A stretch of DNA of 63,584 nt, filler included, from Olpidium bornovanus S191 (GCA_017911155.1; 30 parts of 30 records of this genome joined end to end with filler, not necessarily neighbours in it); one strand, 5' to 3'; positions 8,992 through 20,529 are shown, counted from the first letter of the whole stretch. Notes: generated from the letters alone by a model not told the origin. A program made the numbers and translations.

Positions 8992-11249
8992 ACGCCCAGC
9001 TGCATATAAGTTCCATACCCATTGCAAAAAGCGCGGGGGTGGAGGGAAGGGGGGGGGGACTTAAAGTCTCCAGGACCCCAAATAGGAAGCCCCAATGAAT
9101 CCTATAGTACGTTTTCTCAAAATCCAGAAATACCGCGAGTGCCTTGAACTTGGTGACGCGGGGTATTTCCTTAGGGAGGTCCACTTCGACCTCCAAGGAC
9201 TTGTTAAAGCAAGCTGTGATTTCTTGTATCAGCGGCAGACTTCTGTAAACCTCTGTCGGAATTCAGTCTGGGCCTGGTGCTTTGTTGCGTTTCGTCTTAT
9301 GTAGGGCAAGTTTTACCTCATCCTCTGAAATTGGCGCATCAATCGCATCGCTCCATGCCTTTATCAAGGGGTGGATCGATGGAGCTGCCCGCACCGCTGC
9401 TAGAACTTCCTTGAGGAGGTGGTGATCTAGAGGGTCCGGGCTATACAACTGAGAGTAAAAATCCTTGGGCGATTTGCACTTTCTCGGTAGNNNNNNNNNN
9501 NNNNNNNNNNNNNNNNNNNNNNNNNNNNNNNNNNTTAATTAATTAANNNNNNNNNNNNNNNNNNNNNNNNNNNNNNNNNNNNNNNNNNNNGAGGAAACGT
9601 CTTGCGCTTCGCGCCCCGCGACCGATTCTGGGAACAACATCGAATTGGGAAGGTTTTCCCTGCTCTTTTTCACCTGTGCAGGAATTACCCCCCACTCTGC
9701 TCGGTAACATGTCTGTCGCCGGGGTGGAGCCTTCCCCCGTCCGCGATTAATTTTCTTGAAGGAGGCGCTGCCATCCGGCCAAAGCATCTTTTTTTTTTTG
9801 CCCCTCCGCCGTTCCGTCGGCCCCGCGACTCATTTTCGTTGCTGCTCGACCAGCAGAGTATAAATCGGTTCCGTCTTTTTATTGGTCACGCCCGTCGTCG
9901 GCCGTAGTTTGTCCGCGGCCTCGATCGGAACCCGACTCGCGGCAGCGTGCCGGCGCCCGACAGCGTTTTCCCGAACGAAACGAAAAAAAAATTAATTCAA
10001 TTCTCGTTTCGTTCGCGGGTTTTGTCCCTCGAACGAGGAAAAAAAAAAAAAAAAAAAAAACGAGTTCGTCCAGGCACAGCGCCCAAGTTTCGACGAGCAA
10101 GTTTCGACGGACTCGGGGGGGTTTTTTTTTTTCCTTTTTCGCGGGGCCCCACCGGGCGAGAGCGACATTTTTCAACAACCTCGTCCGGTTGAGAAAAATT
10201 GGGAGAACAACTTCCTTACCTTTTGGTTGGTTGCGCCAAAAGAAACCGGCGTCACCCCGCCAGCAGGAACGTCCCGCTTGTCGATCGGCCGATTTCCCGG
10301 CACACTCGGCACAGAAGCAGATGCGGCCGGGCCCGTCACGTTCGCATTCCCAGTCCACGGTGCTTGTGTGGTCATGACGTAGCGAAATAGGACACGACGC
10401 ACTGCCGGCATCCCGTCCCGCTTGCGTCGGCGCAGGCCGGGTGCCGACTACGAGACGACAGCGAGAGCAAGGCAAATATTGAATCGCGTTAACCGTTTGC
10501 CACAAACAGAAGCTCCGCCGACGAGTTCGCGGGCGGCGGTGCCGCGGGCCGTCGCGACCTGCGCTGAAATCAGAGCCGGAATCCGGGTCAAAACCTTTTA
10601 GTCAGAATCTACGAAAATCTGCACGGGATTTTTGCATCGTAAACTCCCTAGTTATTTGTCGGCCGTTTCCACGACTATTTACCAGGGTGGGCATCCGGGG
10701 CAACCCCGGCTCTAACTCTGAGAGAGCGGTAACTCGCCGATGTGTAGCAAATCTAAAGATTTAGATTGGGAGGAAGGGGGATGCAATCCAGCAAACCAGA
10801 AGCCATTATTCGCGGTCTGAAGCGCTCTTCCCTGCCCCTGGCGTTCTCGTTGCCGGGTGCGCTTCCGGGTTTTCCAAGGGAGTGGCGTTGTGCGGGAGAA
10901 AAAGAAAAATCCAAGANNNNNNNNNNNNNNNNNNNNNNNNNNNNNNNNNNNNNNNNNNNNTTAATTAATTAANNNNNNNNNNNNNNNNNNNNNNNNNNNN
11001 NNNNNNNNNNNNNNNNCCATGCTGCCGGCTTATAACGAATGTTGTACTCTGCGTATAGTGTTGTAAACATTACTTCCTAACTTAGGACACGTGGATTTGA
11101 CAAGGTCTGACCAGGATTTGGTTAATCTTAGAGCCAAATCTGTAGTTCTCCAACAGGTCATTCAAATGAGGCCAGAACCGGTGTTCCTGTGAGGAGGAGG
11201 GAAATCGGTGTACATGTTATTGGAAAGCAGCATGGAGGACACGCGCAAT

Positions 11250-11520
11250 GCCCGTACCTCCCGCAACCTACGCGTACCGCCCGCAACGTACGCGTCCCGC
11301 AACCGCGAACGTACGCATCCCGCACGCAGCGTACGCGTACCGTATACCGTACGCAGCGTGCGCTTACCGTACGCCGCTGTACTTGAACCGCAAACCGTAC
11401 GCAACGTACGTGCGCAGAACAAACGCGTGCCACACGCAACGTATGTGGACCGCAATGTACGCGCGCTGTACCAACGTACGCAACGTACGTGCGCGGTACC
11501 CGACGTACGCAACGCGCTGA
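11250..11520. repeat. Cryptic CpG-rich satellite (CGCAACGTACG / CGTACG motifs)
   Basis: Repeated, irregularly spaced CGTACG and CGCAACGTACG motifs. The ORFs across it are low-complexity. Confidence 0.7.
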
Positions 11521-12450
11521 TATACCACGAATCGTTGCGAACCTCAATACACAGAGGTTGTGCGCGAGCCAGCTTCGCATTCTCCGTCAGATGAGATTGC
11601 TCGCGTAGGCATTCGCGGAGATAAACGCCAAGCCGAGAAACAGTTTGGATTGCTGATAAGATGATGATGCTTCTTTGTGCGGGCCAGCTGGTCGGTTGCT
11701 GCGCTGACGGTTTTGAGTAGCGTGATCTCGTCAGCAAGTTGGCCGCATGAACTAGCATAAGCATAAGCATCATGGCGCGAGGCAGGAAGGTCGTGACTTG
11801 ATGCGCCGCCGTGGGCCTTTGTAAAGCGGACCATTGTCGATCCCGAGCGGTTTGAAAGTGGAAAGCTATACGCTCCTGTTTAGCCATCATTGCGTTTCTC
11901 GCGGACGTATCGTTCCCCTTTCGTCTGGTCAGTTCCCCCCGCCCCGAAAAGGAGAGACGTCACCTTTCGCTGTCAGAATTGTTGATAGTTGTCGTTGGAG
12001 CTTTCTACTTCGGTGCTGGGTTCAATCCTGATAAGCAAGGGCGGAGGTAGTGGTTCCGTAGCCCGCACCACCGCCGGCACCGGCGCCTGCGGTCTTGTTT
12101 TGCAAGCCGGCAACTTACGCAGGCAGGGCTGTGGGCGTAGCGGCCAGCTGGCGGACGACAGACCGAAGAGCGCCGGCGCGACGTGCGAGTTCACAGAGCA
12201 GCTCTCGAAGTCCGGTGGCATGTCGGGCAGTCCGCAGGTCTGCGTGTCCGTGCAGGGTGTCCGGCGTGGCAATGACGACGGCGAGCAGTGCTTGGGTTGG
12301 GGGCGCGCCCGTGGAAGCGCCCGAGGCGGCGGGTTGCTTTTCCTGCCGGAGCCCGAATTTCCCGCTTTTTGACAACCGGAGCGAGGGCGCAACCCTCCCG
12401 CCCGCGCCCCGTCCCGCCCCGCCCGCGCCCGCGCTCGCCTGCAGTCCAGT

Positions 12451-12532
12451 ATGGAACCGCGCGCCGCCGCCGCCGCCGCCGTCGCCGCGTCGCTTCTTCC
12501 GCGCCTGCGCGGGCGCGTGCGCAGCGTGCCGT

Positions 12533-12563
<31 letters not shown>

Positions 12564-14720
12564 GCCCCGCCACGTCCAGAGAACCCCCGCGAGCTGGAGG
12601 CGGCGGACCCTGCATGGCCACGTCGCGCTGCGAGCGTCGGAAACTGCGGCCGACACACCGCCTCGAGGCGCAGCCGCGGCCACTGCAGGCGCTGCGGGTG
12701 CCGCCCCGCGGCCGCGGAAGCCGCTTGCGTTTGGAGACGGCCCCACTCTCGCGGATTTCATGCGCGCCGGTCAGGCTGCGAATGAGGTGGACCCGGTGGA
12801 TTTGACCCCAAACGTTGTCCCGTACCTCGGTGCGCCCGACGGGAAAGGGCGGTCGGTTTTCCTCGAGACCTACGGCTGCCAGGTAACTGTGCAGCTTCCA
12901 ACAATTGTAGGCTTTCTGTGCGAGGAGATTCCTGAACGCCGCTGCCCCCGCAGATGAACGTCGCGGACACGGAGGTCATCTGGTCGATCCTCAAGTCCGC
13001 CAACTTCACCCTTGCACCCGACGCCGAATCCGCGGACGTTGTCCTTCTGGTGACGTGTGCGATCCGGGACAACGCCGAGAGGCGGATATGGGGGCGTTTG
13101 CAACGGCTGCGCGCAGCGGAGACGGCAGCATTCAGGCAGCTGCCGCGGGGATCGCCGCTCCGGAAGCCGCGCGCAGTGATCGGGGTGCTCGGATGCATGG
13201 CGGAGAGACTAAAGGAACAGTTGCTGGAAGGGAAAGAGCGTCTCGTTGATGTCGTGTGTGGTCCCGACGCGTACAGGGACCTGCCGCGCCTGCTCGGCAT
13301 CGCCGAGGCCGGCGCAAAGGGCGTGAATGTGCAGCTCTCCCTAGACGAGACCTACGCCGACGTTACGCCCGTGCGGCTGTGTGATAATGGCGCCGACGCT
13401 TTCGTTTCCATCATGGTATGCGCGAATGTTACTTTTGGTACTACACTGGACGGTCTGCGCATGCTTACCTGGTAAAGCTTTTGGCGACATTCGGCATGCG
13501 CAGAGGGGTTGCGACAACATGTGCTCATATTGCGTAAGCTCTTGCGATAACCTCGTCGCGCACCACGTACGGACGCCTTAATTCACAGATCTGTACGATA
13601 ACTGCACAGATTGTCCCGTTCACACGAGGACGGGAACGAAGCCGACCGATTGACTCCATTGTCAACGAAGTGATAGCGTTGGCGGAGTCTGGGGTAAAGG
13701 AAATTACACTGCTGGGACAGAACTGCAACAGCTATCGCGACACGTCAGCGGAACCAGCGGGCAGCGCCAGCTCGGCGGAGCCCGCCCCATCCACTTCGGA
13801 AATGGCTGCGGGTTTCAAGACTGTATACAAGCTAAAGTCGGGCGGTCTGCGCTTTGCCGATCTTCTGGAACGCGTAGCCCGGGCGGTGCCGGGCGTGCGG
13901 ATACGTTTCACGTCTCCGCACCCAAAAGACTTTCCTGACCGGGTATTCGAGGTGATGACGAGGCACCCTAACATCTGCAAGCAGGTGCATATGCCTGCAC
14001 AGAGCGGGTCGAGCCGCGTACTCGACCGCATGCGACGGGGCTACACTCGTGAAGCGTACCTCGCCCTCGTGAAGCGCTTACGGGAGATGATCCCGGGCGT
14101 GTCGATATCCTCGGACTTCATCGTCGGTTTCTGCGGGGAAACCGAGGAAGATTACCAGATGACTCTGTCACTGGTAGATGAAGTCGGTTACGGTACGTTT
14201 GTGCGCCGTGATTGATATTATTCGGGCGTTGCTTCCCTTTCGGCTCCTGGGTTTGACGCGCTCCGGGAGCTTCCGGGCCAGGTCATTAACATTTCGAACT
14301 GACCGCGCGAAAAAAAAAAAAGACATGGCCTTCCTGTTCGCCTACTCCCTCCGCGAAAAGACGCACGCTCACCGAAACTACATTGACGACGTCTCCCCGG
14401 AAGAGAAGAAGCGGCGGCTGCAGGGCTTGATTGACCGATTCCGCGAACGTTGCATAGAGCGCTATGCGCGGCTGGTGGGCACGCGGCAGCTTGTGCTCAT
14501 CGAGGGGCCGTACAAGCGCGGCGGCTGGTTCGGTCGAGACGATGGTGGACGACGGGTCATTATCGACTCGGGCACGGGCGTCCTCGCTGCAGGCGACGTC
14601 ATGCAGGCCGCCTCTGCGGAGGGGGAGCTGGATCGGAGGGAGGTACGGCAGGGGGATTGGGTCGAGGTGGTCGTGGTGTCCTCGTCGGTCACCACGCTTC
14701 AGAGCGTGCCCACCGTACGG
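12451..14720 (+). CDS. CDK5RAP1: MiaB-family radical SAM tRNA methylthiotransferase (mitochondrial CDK5RAP1-like), 5 exons, 3'-truncated
   Basis: Exons 12451-12882, 12954-13415, 13504-13533, 13610-14192 and 14323-14720. Motifs [78 protein letters not shown] and a C-terminal TRAM-like region. The N-terminus is Ala/Arg-rich, like a presequence. Confidence 0.96.
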
Positions 14721-14820
14721 NNNNNNNNNNNNNNNNNNNNNNNNNNNNNNNNNNNNNNNNNNNNTTAATTAATTAANNNNNNNNNNNNNNNNNNNNNNNN
14801 NNNNNNNNNNNNNNNNNNNN

Positions 14821-14940
14821 GGCGTTCTTCAAGTTCTTGCCGTAGCCGCCGAGTCCAGGCTGCGCGACGGGGGCGGCGGCGACGAAAACGGCGGCGCCGA
14901 CGACGGCCAGGGCGAAGAGGGCGAAGGTGGCGAACTTCAT
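14821..14940 (-). CDS. Secreted protein N-terminus (signal peptide), 3'-truncated
   Basis: MKFATFALFALAVVGAAVFVAAAPVAQPGLGGYGKNLKNA has a classic signal peptide with an AAP-type cleavage site. A TATAAAA lies upstream. Confidence 0.7.
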
Positions 14941-15029
14941 GTTTTCGGGGGCGGGGGTGTGGGGGGCGGGCCGAAGTGGGGAAGGGGGATGCGGGCTTGG
15001 AGGACGAAACGGAAAGGCCTTTTTTTGGA

Positions 15030-15395
15030 GAGCGAGAGGGCGAAAGAGGGCGAGAGAGAGAGAGGGAGAGAGAGAGAGAGAGAGAGCGTCTGCGCGAGAA
15101 AGCTGGGGGAGAGAGCGGGAAAGGGGGCGCGGCGGGGCGGCTTTTATACGGTGTCCCCGGGCGCGCGCGGCGCGCGTTCGGCTCGTGGGGGGGGGGCAGG
15201 CGAAGGGCGGGGGGCGGGGGCGGGCACGCCACGTTATTTACGTAGGGGCCCCGGTTTCTCGTTTTCGCCCTGAAGAAATCGCCATTTTTTTCTTTTGTGT
15301 GTCGTTTCTTTTTTTGCGGCGGGCGCGGTGCGAAAAGGGACCCTCCCCGCCCATCCCGAGGGTCTTCACGTAACGTTGCGGTTGCGCGCCGCGGG

Positions 15396-15448
<53 letters not shown>
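15030..15448. repeat. (GA)n (~15030-15085) and (GT)n (15397-15448) microsatellites in a divergent intergenic region
   Basis: Directly visible. Confidence 0.95.
15142..15148 (-). promoter_or_regulatory. Candidate TATA box
   Basis: TATAAAA on the minus strand in GC-rich context, ~200 nt upstream of the ATG at 14940. Confidence 0.45.
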
Positions 15449-15449
<1 letters not shown>

Positions 15450-15707
15450 CGTTTGGGCGGAGGGCAGGCGCGCGAAAGACGCGGTTTTTTGCGCTCCTCG
15501 GTGAGGCCGGCGCCATTTTTTCTTTTTTTTTTGTTCGTTTTTTTTTGCGCTTTGGCGTCAGATTCGCCGCCGTCCCGCTTCCCCCCCGACGCCCCCCTGA
15601 CGCCCCCCCGACGCCCCCCCCCCCCCCCCCCTCCCCCCCCCCCCCCCCCCGTTCCCGGCCCCACCAGAACGCCACACACCCCCCCTTCCTCGCACCGCAC
15701 CCGCCCG

Positions 15708-15963
15708 ATGCCGCCGAAGTTCGCCTTCGTCACCTTCGTCATGCGCGGCGCGGACTACGTCCTGGCGGCGCTGGTGCTGGCCCGCTCGCTGAGGGACCAC
15801 CGCACCGCGGCGGATACCGTCTGCCTCGTCACCGCCGACGTGCCCCAGGCCGCGCTGGAAGCCCTTCGAAAAATCTACACCGCCGTCGTTACGGTGCCCT
15901 ACCTCAGCTGCGCACGGGAGAACTGCAAGTGGAACCCGGGGAGGTGGGCCGCGCCCCCCCCCC
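15708..15963 (+). CDS. Glycosyltransferase family 8 (glycogenin/P13-like) N-terminus, 3'-truncated
   Basis: FAFVTFVMRGADYVLAALVLARSLRDHRTAADTVCLVTADV...LRKIYTAVVTVPYL fits the GT8 start AYVT....Y..GALVL..SL....T..DLVC.VT. Confidence 0.85.
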
Positions 15964-17559
15964 NNNNNNNNNNNNNNNNNNNNNNNNNNNNNNNNNNNNN
16001 NNNNNNNTTAATTAATTAANNNNNNNNNNNNNNNNNNNNNNNNNNNNNNNNNNNNNNNNNNNNCATGCGCACAATCGCTTTGCGAAGGACAGTGCCGTGT
16101 GTGACCCCCCGTATTGGGGCGGGCGTCGTCATTCGTCCGGGAAATGCGTGGGGGGATCCTTGCGCGACGGAAAAAGCGAGCCCGGAAGGACGTTCAGAAC
16201 GTGCTCCGCTCGACCCTCCGTGCTGCCGCAAAACTTATGAGCATTGCGAAGCCTGACGGCTGCCGTGGCCTTGTTTACGTGAACTCCTTCATCTGTATTC
16301 CACCTTTCCCCTTTTCCCCCCATCTCCCCCGCCGCGCCCCCCCCCCCTTCTTCTCCGCGGGGCTCATAGATTGTCTGGCGCCGGCGTAGCTTCTTTGCGG
16401 TAAGATTTTGTCCGCAGGGCAGCATATACCATACGGAGCTGATCTGTGCGCCGACAAATTCACCAGGGGCAGCGGCCCGGCAGTCGGGGGACATTGGAAA
16501 GCACCGCTGAGTCTAAATCCAGCAAGATTTTTGATGTGAACTGTGGGAGGCAGTAGGGTTGGGGGTCCCCACCGCGCCACCCCCAACACCGGCGCGCAAA
16601 AGAACGTGCGGCTGCACCTCTCGTCGCAGCTTGCGCCGTCCCGAGCTTAAGCGAGCAGGTGAGTAGGCAAAACGACGGAAAGAAGCTTGTCGTTAGTCCT
16701 GTAAACGCCATCTATTTTAGGGCTTTGCAGTATTTGTATATATTACGGGGCCAGAGTGTGCATAGCAGATTCCACGGGGGGTGAGATGGGGGGGCGGTGT
16801 TCCGGGCGATGCGCTCAGGCCCGCCTTCAGCCTTCTCTCTCCCCCCCCCCCCCCCCCCTTCCCCCCCCCCCCCCCCCCCTTCTTTCGCCCCCCGCGCCCA
16901 TTCCCGCCCCCTTCCTTTCTTCCGACATATTCCTTCCTGTCTACGTCTCAACAAACTGGTGGACCAAAAAGTCTCTTTCCCACACCCCTCCCCCCACACC
17001 CCTCCTCCTCCCCCGCCCGTCGGCCTAACGCGCGAATTCCCACGCGGCGCACACAGCGTCAGGCGTGGCCCAAGCGAGGTGCCGTCCAGTCGCGGCTTCG
17101 AAGAACGCGACTTCGAATGAGCACAACGAGCTAAAACTCTCGCGAATTTCGCTTTTTTTATTTTTTTTTTTGTTCATTTTTCTTCATTATTTTGGTTCAT
17201 TTTTGTTCATTTACTTTTTGTTTCTGTGCCGCGCAAGATGGCCCCGACCGTCAGCGACATCAGAAAACCTGCGGACGCGTCGTCATCAGTTGGGGAAGCC
17301 ATGAATCCCCCCAAACGTGTGGCAGGTCCAAAGGTCTTACAAAGCGGCTGCCGATCGTTGGTTCTTCCTCCTTGCCCTGTAATTGGCTTGCTCATGGTGA
17401 CGGACGGTTTCTTCACGTCCACTGCATACTTGAGCAAGCCCAAACATGCCTATGCATCAGCAAGCGTTTCCTGCTTAAAGCAGGTGGCCGATATCTTTGC
17501 CAGTTGGGTACCGGAATACTTCTCACCAAAAATACCATTACTGCTCTGCGGAAGTGGCA

Positions 17560-18000
17560 CAGGCATGTGCGCGCGATGAATTTCCCGATTGTCACATGCT
17601 CGTCCCCACGTCTGCCGGTCTCCTGGTTGCAAGTTGCAGCATTTGGTCTTTATCACCTTTTGCAGGCGGGCAAATCCAAACATACCTGCCGCATCAGGCC
17701 TTTTTAGAAGGAAACGTGTGTTGTCACGGCTTGTACGGGCCGGAGGAAGAGATATTTGCCGCATTCAAAAACATCCTCGGAAGTGCTTCTCACAGTAAGT
17801 TGGTGGGGCTGGCAATTCATCCTGGGACAGCAACACGTGATCAGGATACGATGACCACGTTTTGATGTCGCCATGCCATTACACTGATAAAATTCCGATA
17901 CTGCAATTCACGAGGCAGTAGGGGCATATGCGGTGACTGTGTTCATGCCGGTCATGATGGCCAGACGCAGCAAAATTTTGTTATTCAGAAAGGTTGTCCG
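17560..18000 (-). mobile_element. Highly degenerate LINE apurinic-like endonuclease remnant (RTE-like)
   Basis: KILLRL...NTVTAYAPTAS*IAVSEFYQ resembles the APE motif TIISAYAPT...EEFY. Downstream LD....R and DEHV weakly recall IDY...SDH. Many stops. Confidence 0.45.
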
Positions 18001-18543
18001 TGTGTGACATGTCAATTCACGGCTTCGCGGCACTAGGCGCAGGAGTGGGGAGGGGGAGGGAGGGGGGGGTGGGCAGTCCTGCACTTCCGTGGATGCAGTG
18101 TCGGGTAGCTCGCTTGAAAGTCCTGTCGATCTCCTAATTTTCTTCTTTCTTGTGCTGCGGATGATCTTGGAGTTGCGTGGACATGTTCTGGCGTGCCTGT
18201 GCATGCCGTGTTCTGGGCACAATGTGCAGCAGCACGGGTTCTTTGAGTTTGGAGGGACTCTGGCAAGCGGGTGGTTCTGAAAGTCGTCGAGCTTCCCAGA
18301 TGCCGAGTTCGCCCTGCGGTCGNNNNNNNNNNNNNNNNNNNNNNNNNNNNNNNNNNNNNNNNNNNNTTAATTAATTAANNNNNNNNNNNNNNNNNNNNNN
18401 NNNNNNNNNNNNNNNNNNNNNNCATGTATGTGTGGCGCGAGCGCGCCGCGGGCCGATCCCGCAGACCCCCCGTCGGCCCTCTTGCAGAGTGAGCGAGAGC
18501 ACACCGCCCCGGCATCGCCGCCGGCACCCCCCCCCCTTGCAAA

Positions 18544-19941
18544 ATGAGGGTCCTCGCCGTCGCGGTCGTCGCCATCGCCGCGGCCGGTGCCGCCGCCCGC
18601 AAGCCGGCCGAGATCAAGGAGCACTGCATCAACGACGGCCAGCTCGCTTTGACCTTTGGTAACCGTTGGCCTCCTCCATCGTCCACCTTCCCCGCGCGGC
18701 GGGTCTGCGCGCGGTTTTTCTGTCGCCTTTCGCGCGCGGCCGGATTTTTTCCCCCCTTCCCCGCGTCCCCACCTATTCCTCTCCCCTTCCCCCCCCAACG
18801 CTTTTTTCCGCGTGCCCGCAGACGACGGACCCGCCCCGGCCAGAACTCCCAAGCTGCTCAAGACGCTGGAGGAGCACGACATCCGGGCCACATTTTTCGT
18901 GAACGTCAAGAACGCCGGCAACATCGTGGGTGTTTATGTCCCGCGGGTCGCGCCCCCCCCCCCCCCCCCCCTCGTTTCTTTCCCTTCTCCCCTTCCGCCC
19001 TCCCGGCTCCTCCTCCCATCGCTTGCGTCTGCCGCGGCGCTCGTCGGAGGTGTCCTGACGCTGCTCGCGCGCCGCCGCTTTATTTCGGCGTTCTGCGCAG
19101 ATCGACCCCCACTCCCACGACGCCCAGATCGTGCGCAACACGTACAATGCCGGCCACGTCATCGCCTCGCACACGTACAGTCACGAGGACCTCAAGGCTC
19201 TCGACGAGAAGGGGCGGTTAAACGACATCCGCAACCAGCTGTGTTGGACCGACCGGGCCATTGCAAAGGTGAGATTTTGCTTTCGTAAAACCCGCAAAGA
19301 GCCCGAGATTTCGAATGCTGCAGGGCTCACTTCCAAATCACTGCACCGGTTAGATCATTGGCAAGGCTCCCCGCCTCTTCCGTGCTCCTTATGGGAGTCT
19401 CAACAAACGCGTACGGAAGATGCTCCAAAAGCATGGCTATGTTGTCGTCCACTGGAACATGTGCGTGTAGACATTGGGATCTCGTAATCCCGACGACCGC
19501 CGACGCGCGATCTTTGATGCTAAATCGTACCCGCTTCGCGAAAATTCGTGGTTTCCCGACTCTTTAGTGACACCAACGACTATAAGAAGGAAAGCACAGT
19601 GGACAACGTTGTCCGCGCCTACACGGACAGTTTAGATCGCGTCAAGTCGGCAATTGCCCTCCAGCACGACATCTTCGAAAGGACTGTTGAAGAATTTGTG
19701 CCGGTAGGCTTACTGCGGTTTTCCTTTCCAAGCCCTGCTGAAAAGACGTCGGAGCGGCTTCGCCCTGACGGTGCCTGTTGTCGCCGCCTACTTATTTGCA
19801 AGGCCGTTCTCGACGCCGTCGATAAGCTCGAGAAGAGATGGACCTACGTAACTGCTGACGTCTGCGTTGGAGCTGATCCCTACCGACCGGACCCTTGGCA
19901 GGGAACTGATCCGAGCGGCGACTGGTACTGCCCGCCCATGC
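18544..19941 (+). CDS. Secreted chitin deacetylase / polysaccharide deacetylase (CE4, NodB), multi-exon
   Basis: Signal peptide; ALTF/DDGP split by intron 18659-18821; ATFFVN; GHVIASHTYSH; FRAPYG; VVVHWN/DTNDY; IALQHD. Confidence 0.95.
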
Positions 19942-20529
19942 NNNNNNNNNNNNNNNNNNNNNNNNNNNNNNNNNNNNNNNNNNNNTTAATTAATTAANNN
20001 NNNNNNNNNNNNNNNNNNNNNNNNNNNNNNNNNNNNNNNNNCAGGCTGCACCGCCGCAGCCCACCGGGCGTCTCCCGCTTAATGACGAGCGTCAGGACGG
20101 TGCGAGTCTGAGTTTTTTGGTCGACTGGGTTGGCGGGAACTAAACGAACAGGGAAAGTACGGCCCGGCTCGGTTGAGTGGCCCGCGAGTTCCCTTTACCT
20201 GCGGCCCGGTCCTCCCAGATCCTCTCCGTCCGTCCGTCTCCCTTCCCTAGGGGACGGGAGCGCGCCGGCAATGTGGAACGGGAGGGCAACGCGGTGCTGC
20301 GGTGCGGTGTGCCGGTGCCGACCGGAGTTGACACTCGGGAACCCCGCACTCGGACCAACATCCCGGAATACCGCACCCCACTACTATTCCCCGCCGGTCG
20401 CCGGCCCTCCCGTCAGCAGCCAGCTGTACCTCCGCGCGCTTCCGCTTCGCCCGCATCGCTCCGCATGCCGCCCACCGCTCGCCCGCCCCCTTCCGCACCC
20501 CGTCGGATATCCCGCAAATGACATGCATT

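Larger units (their letters stand above)
7480..9490 (-). mobile_element. Degenerate L1/Tx1-like non-LTR retrotransposon RT, interrupted by two insertions
   Basis: In order on the minus strand: ISEDEVKLAL..TKRNKAPGPD, LDFEK.Y.RIHWGFLFGVLE, FLQWVWNLY [insert B] SLIL...IKRGVRQGDALS, LDDSTLLL [insert A] KANISKGMIL, VRHLGAPL. Internal deletion and frameshifts are present. Confidence 0.88.

Noticed and set aside
10690-10770. Two small hairpins (CCGGGGCAACCCCGG; AATCTAAAGATTTAGATT) as an ncRNA or terminator
   Set aside because: Too short, no tRNA/snRNA/rRNA signature and no U-tract; compatible with chance.
11973-12805. Several long overlapping ORFs around the MiaB 5' end
   Set aside because: GC-rich, stop-poor shadow frames; only the 12451 frame joins the MiaB motifs.
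16064-16760. Possible multi-exon gene
   Set aside because: Splice-like signals occur, but no consistent frame or motif could be assembled on either strand.
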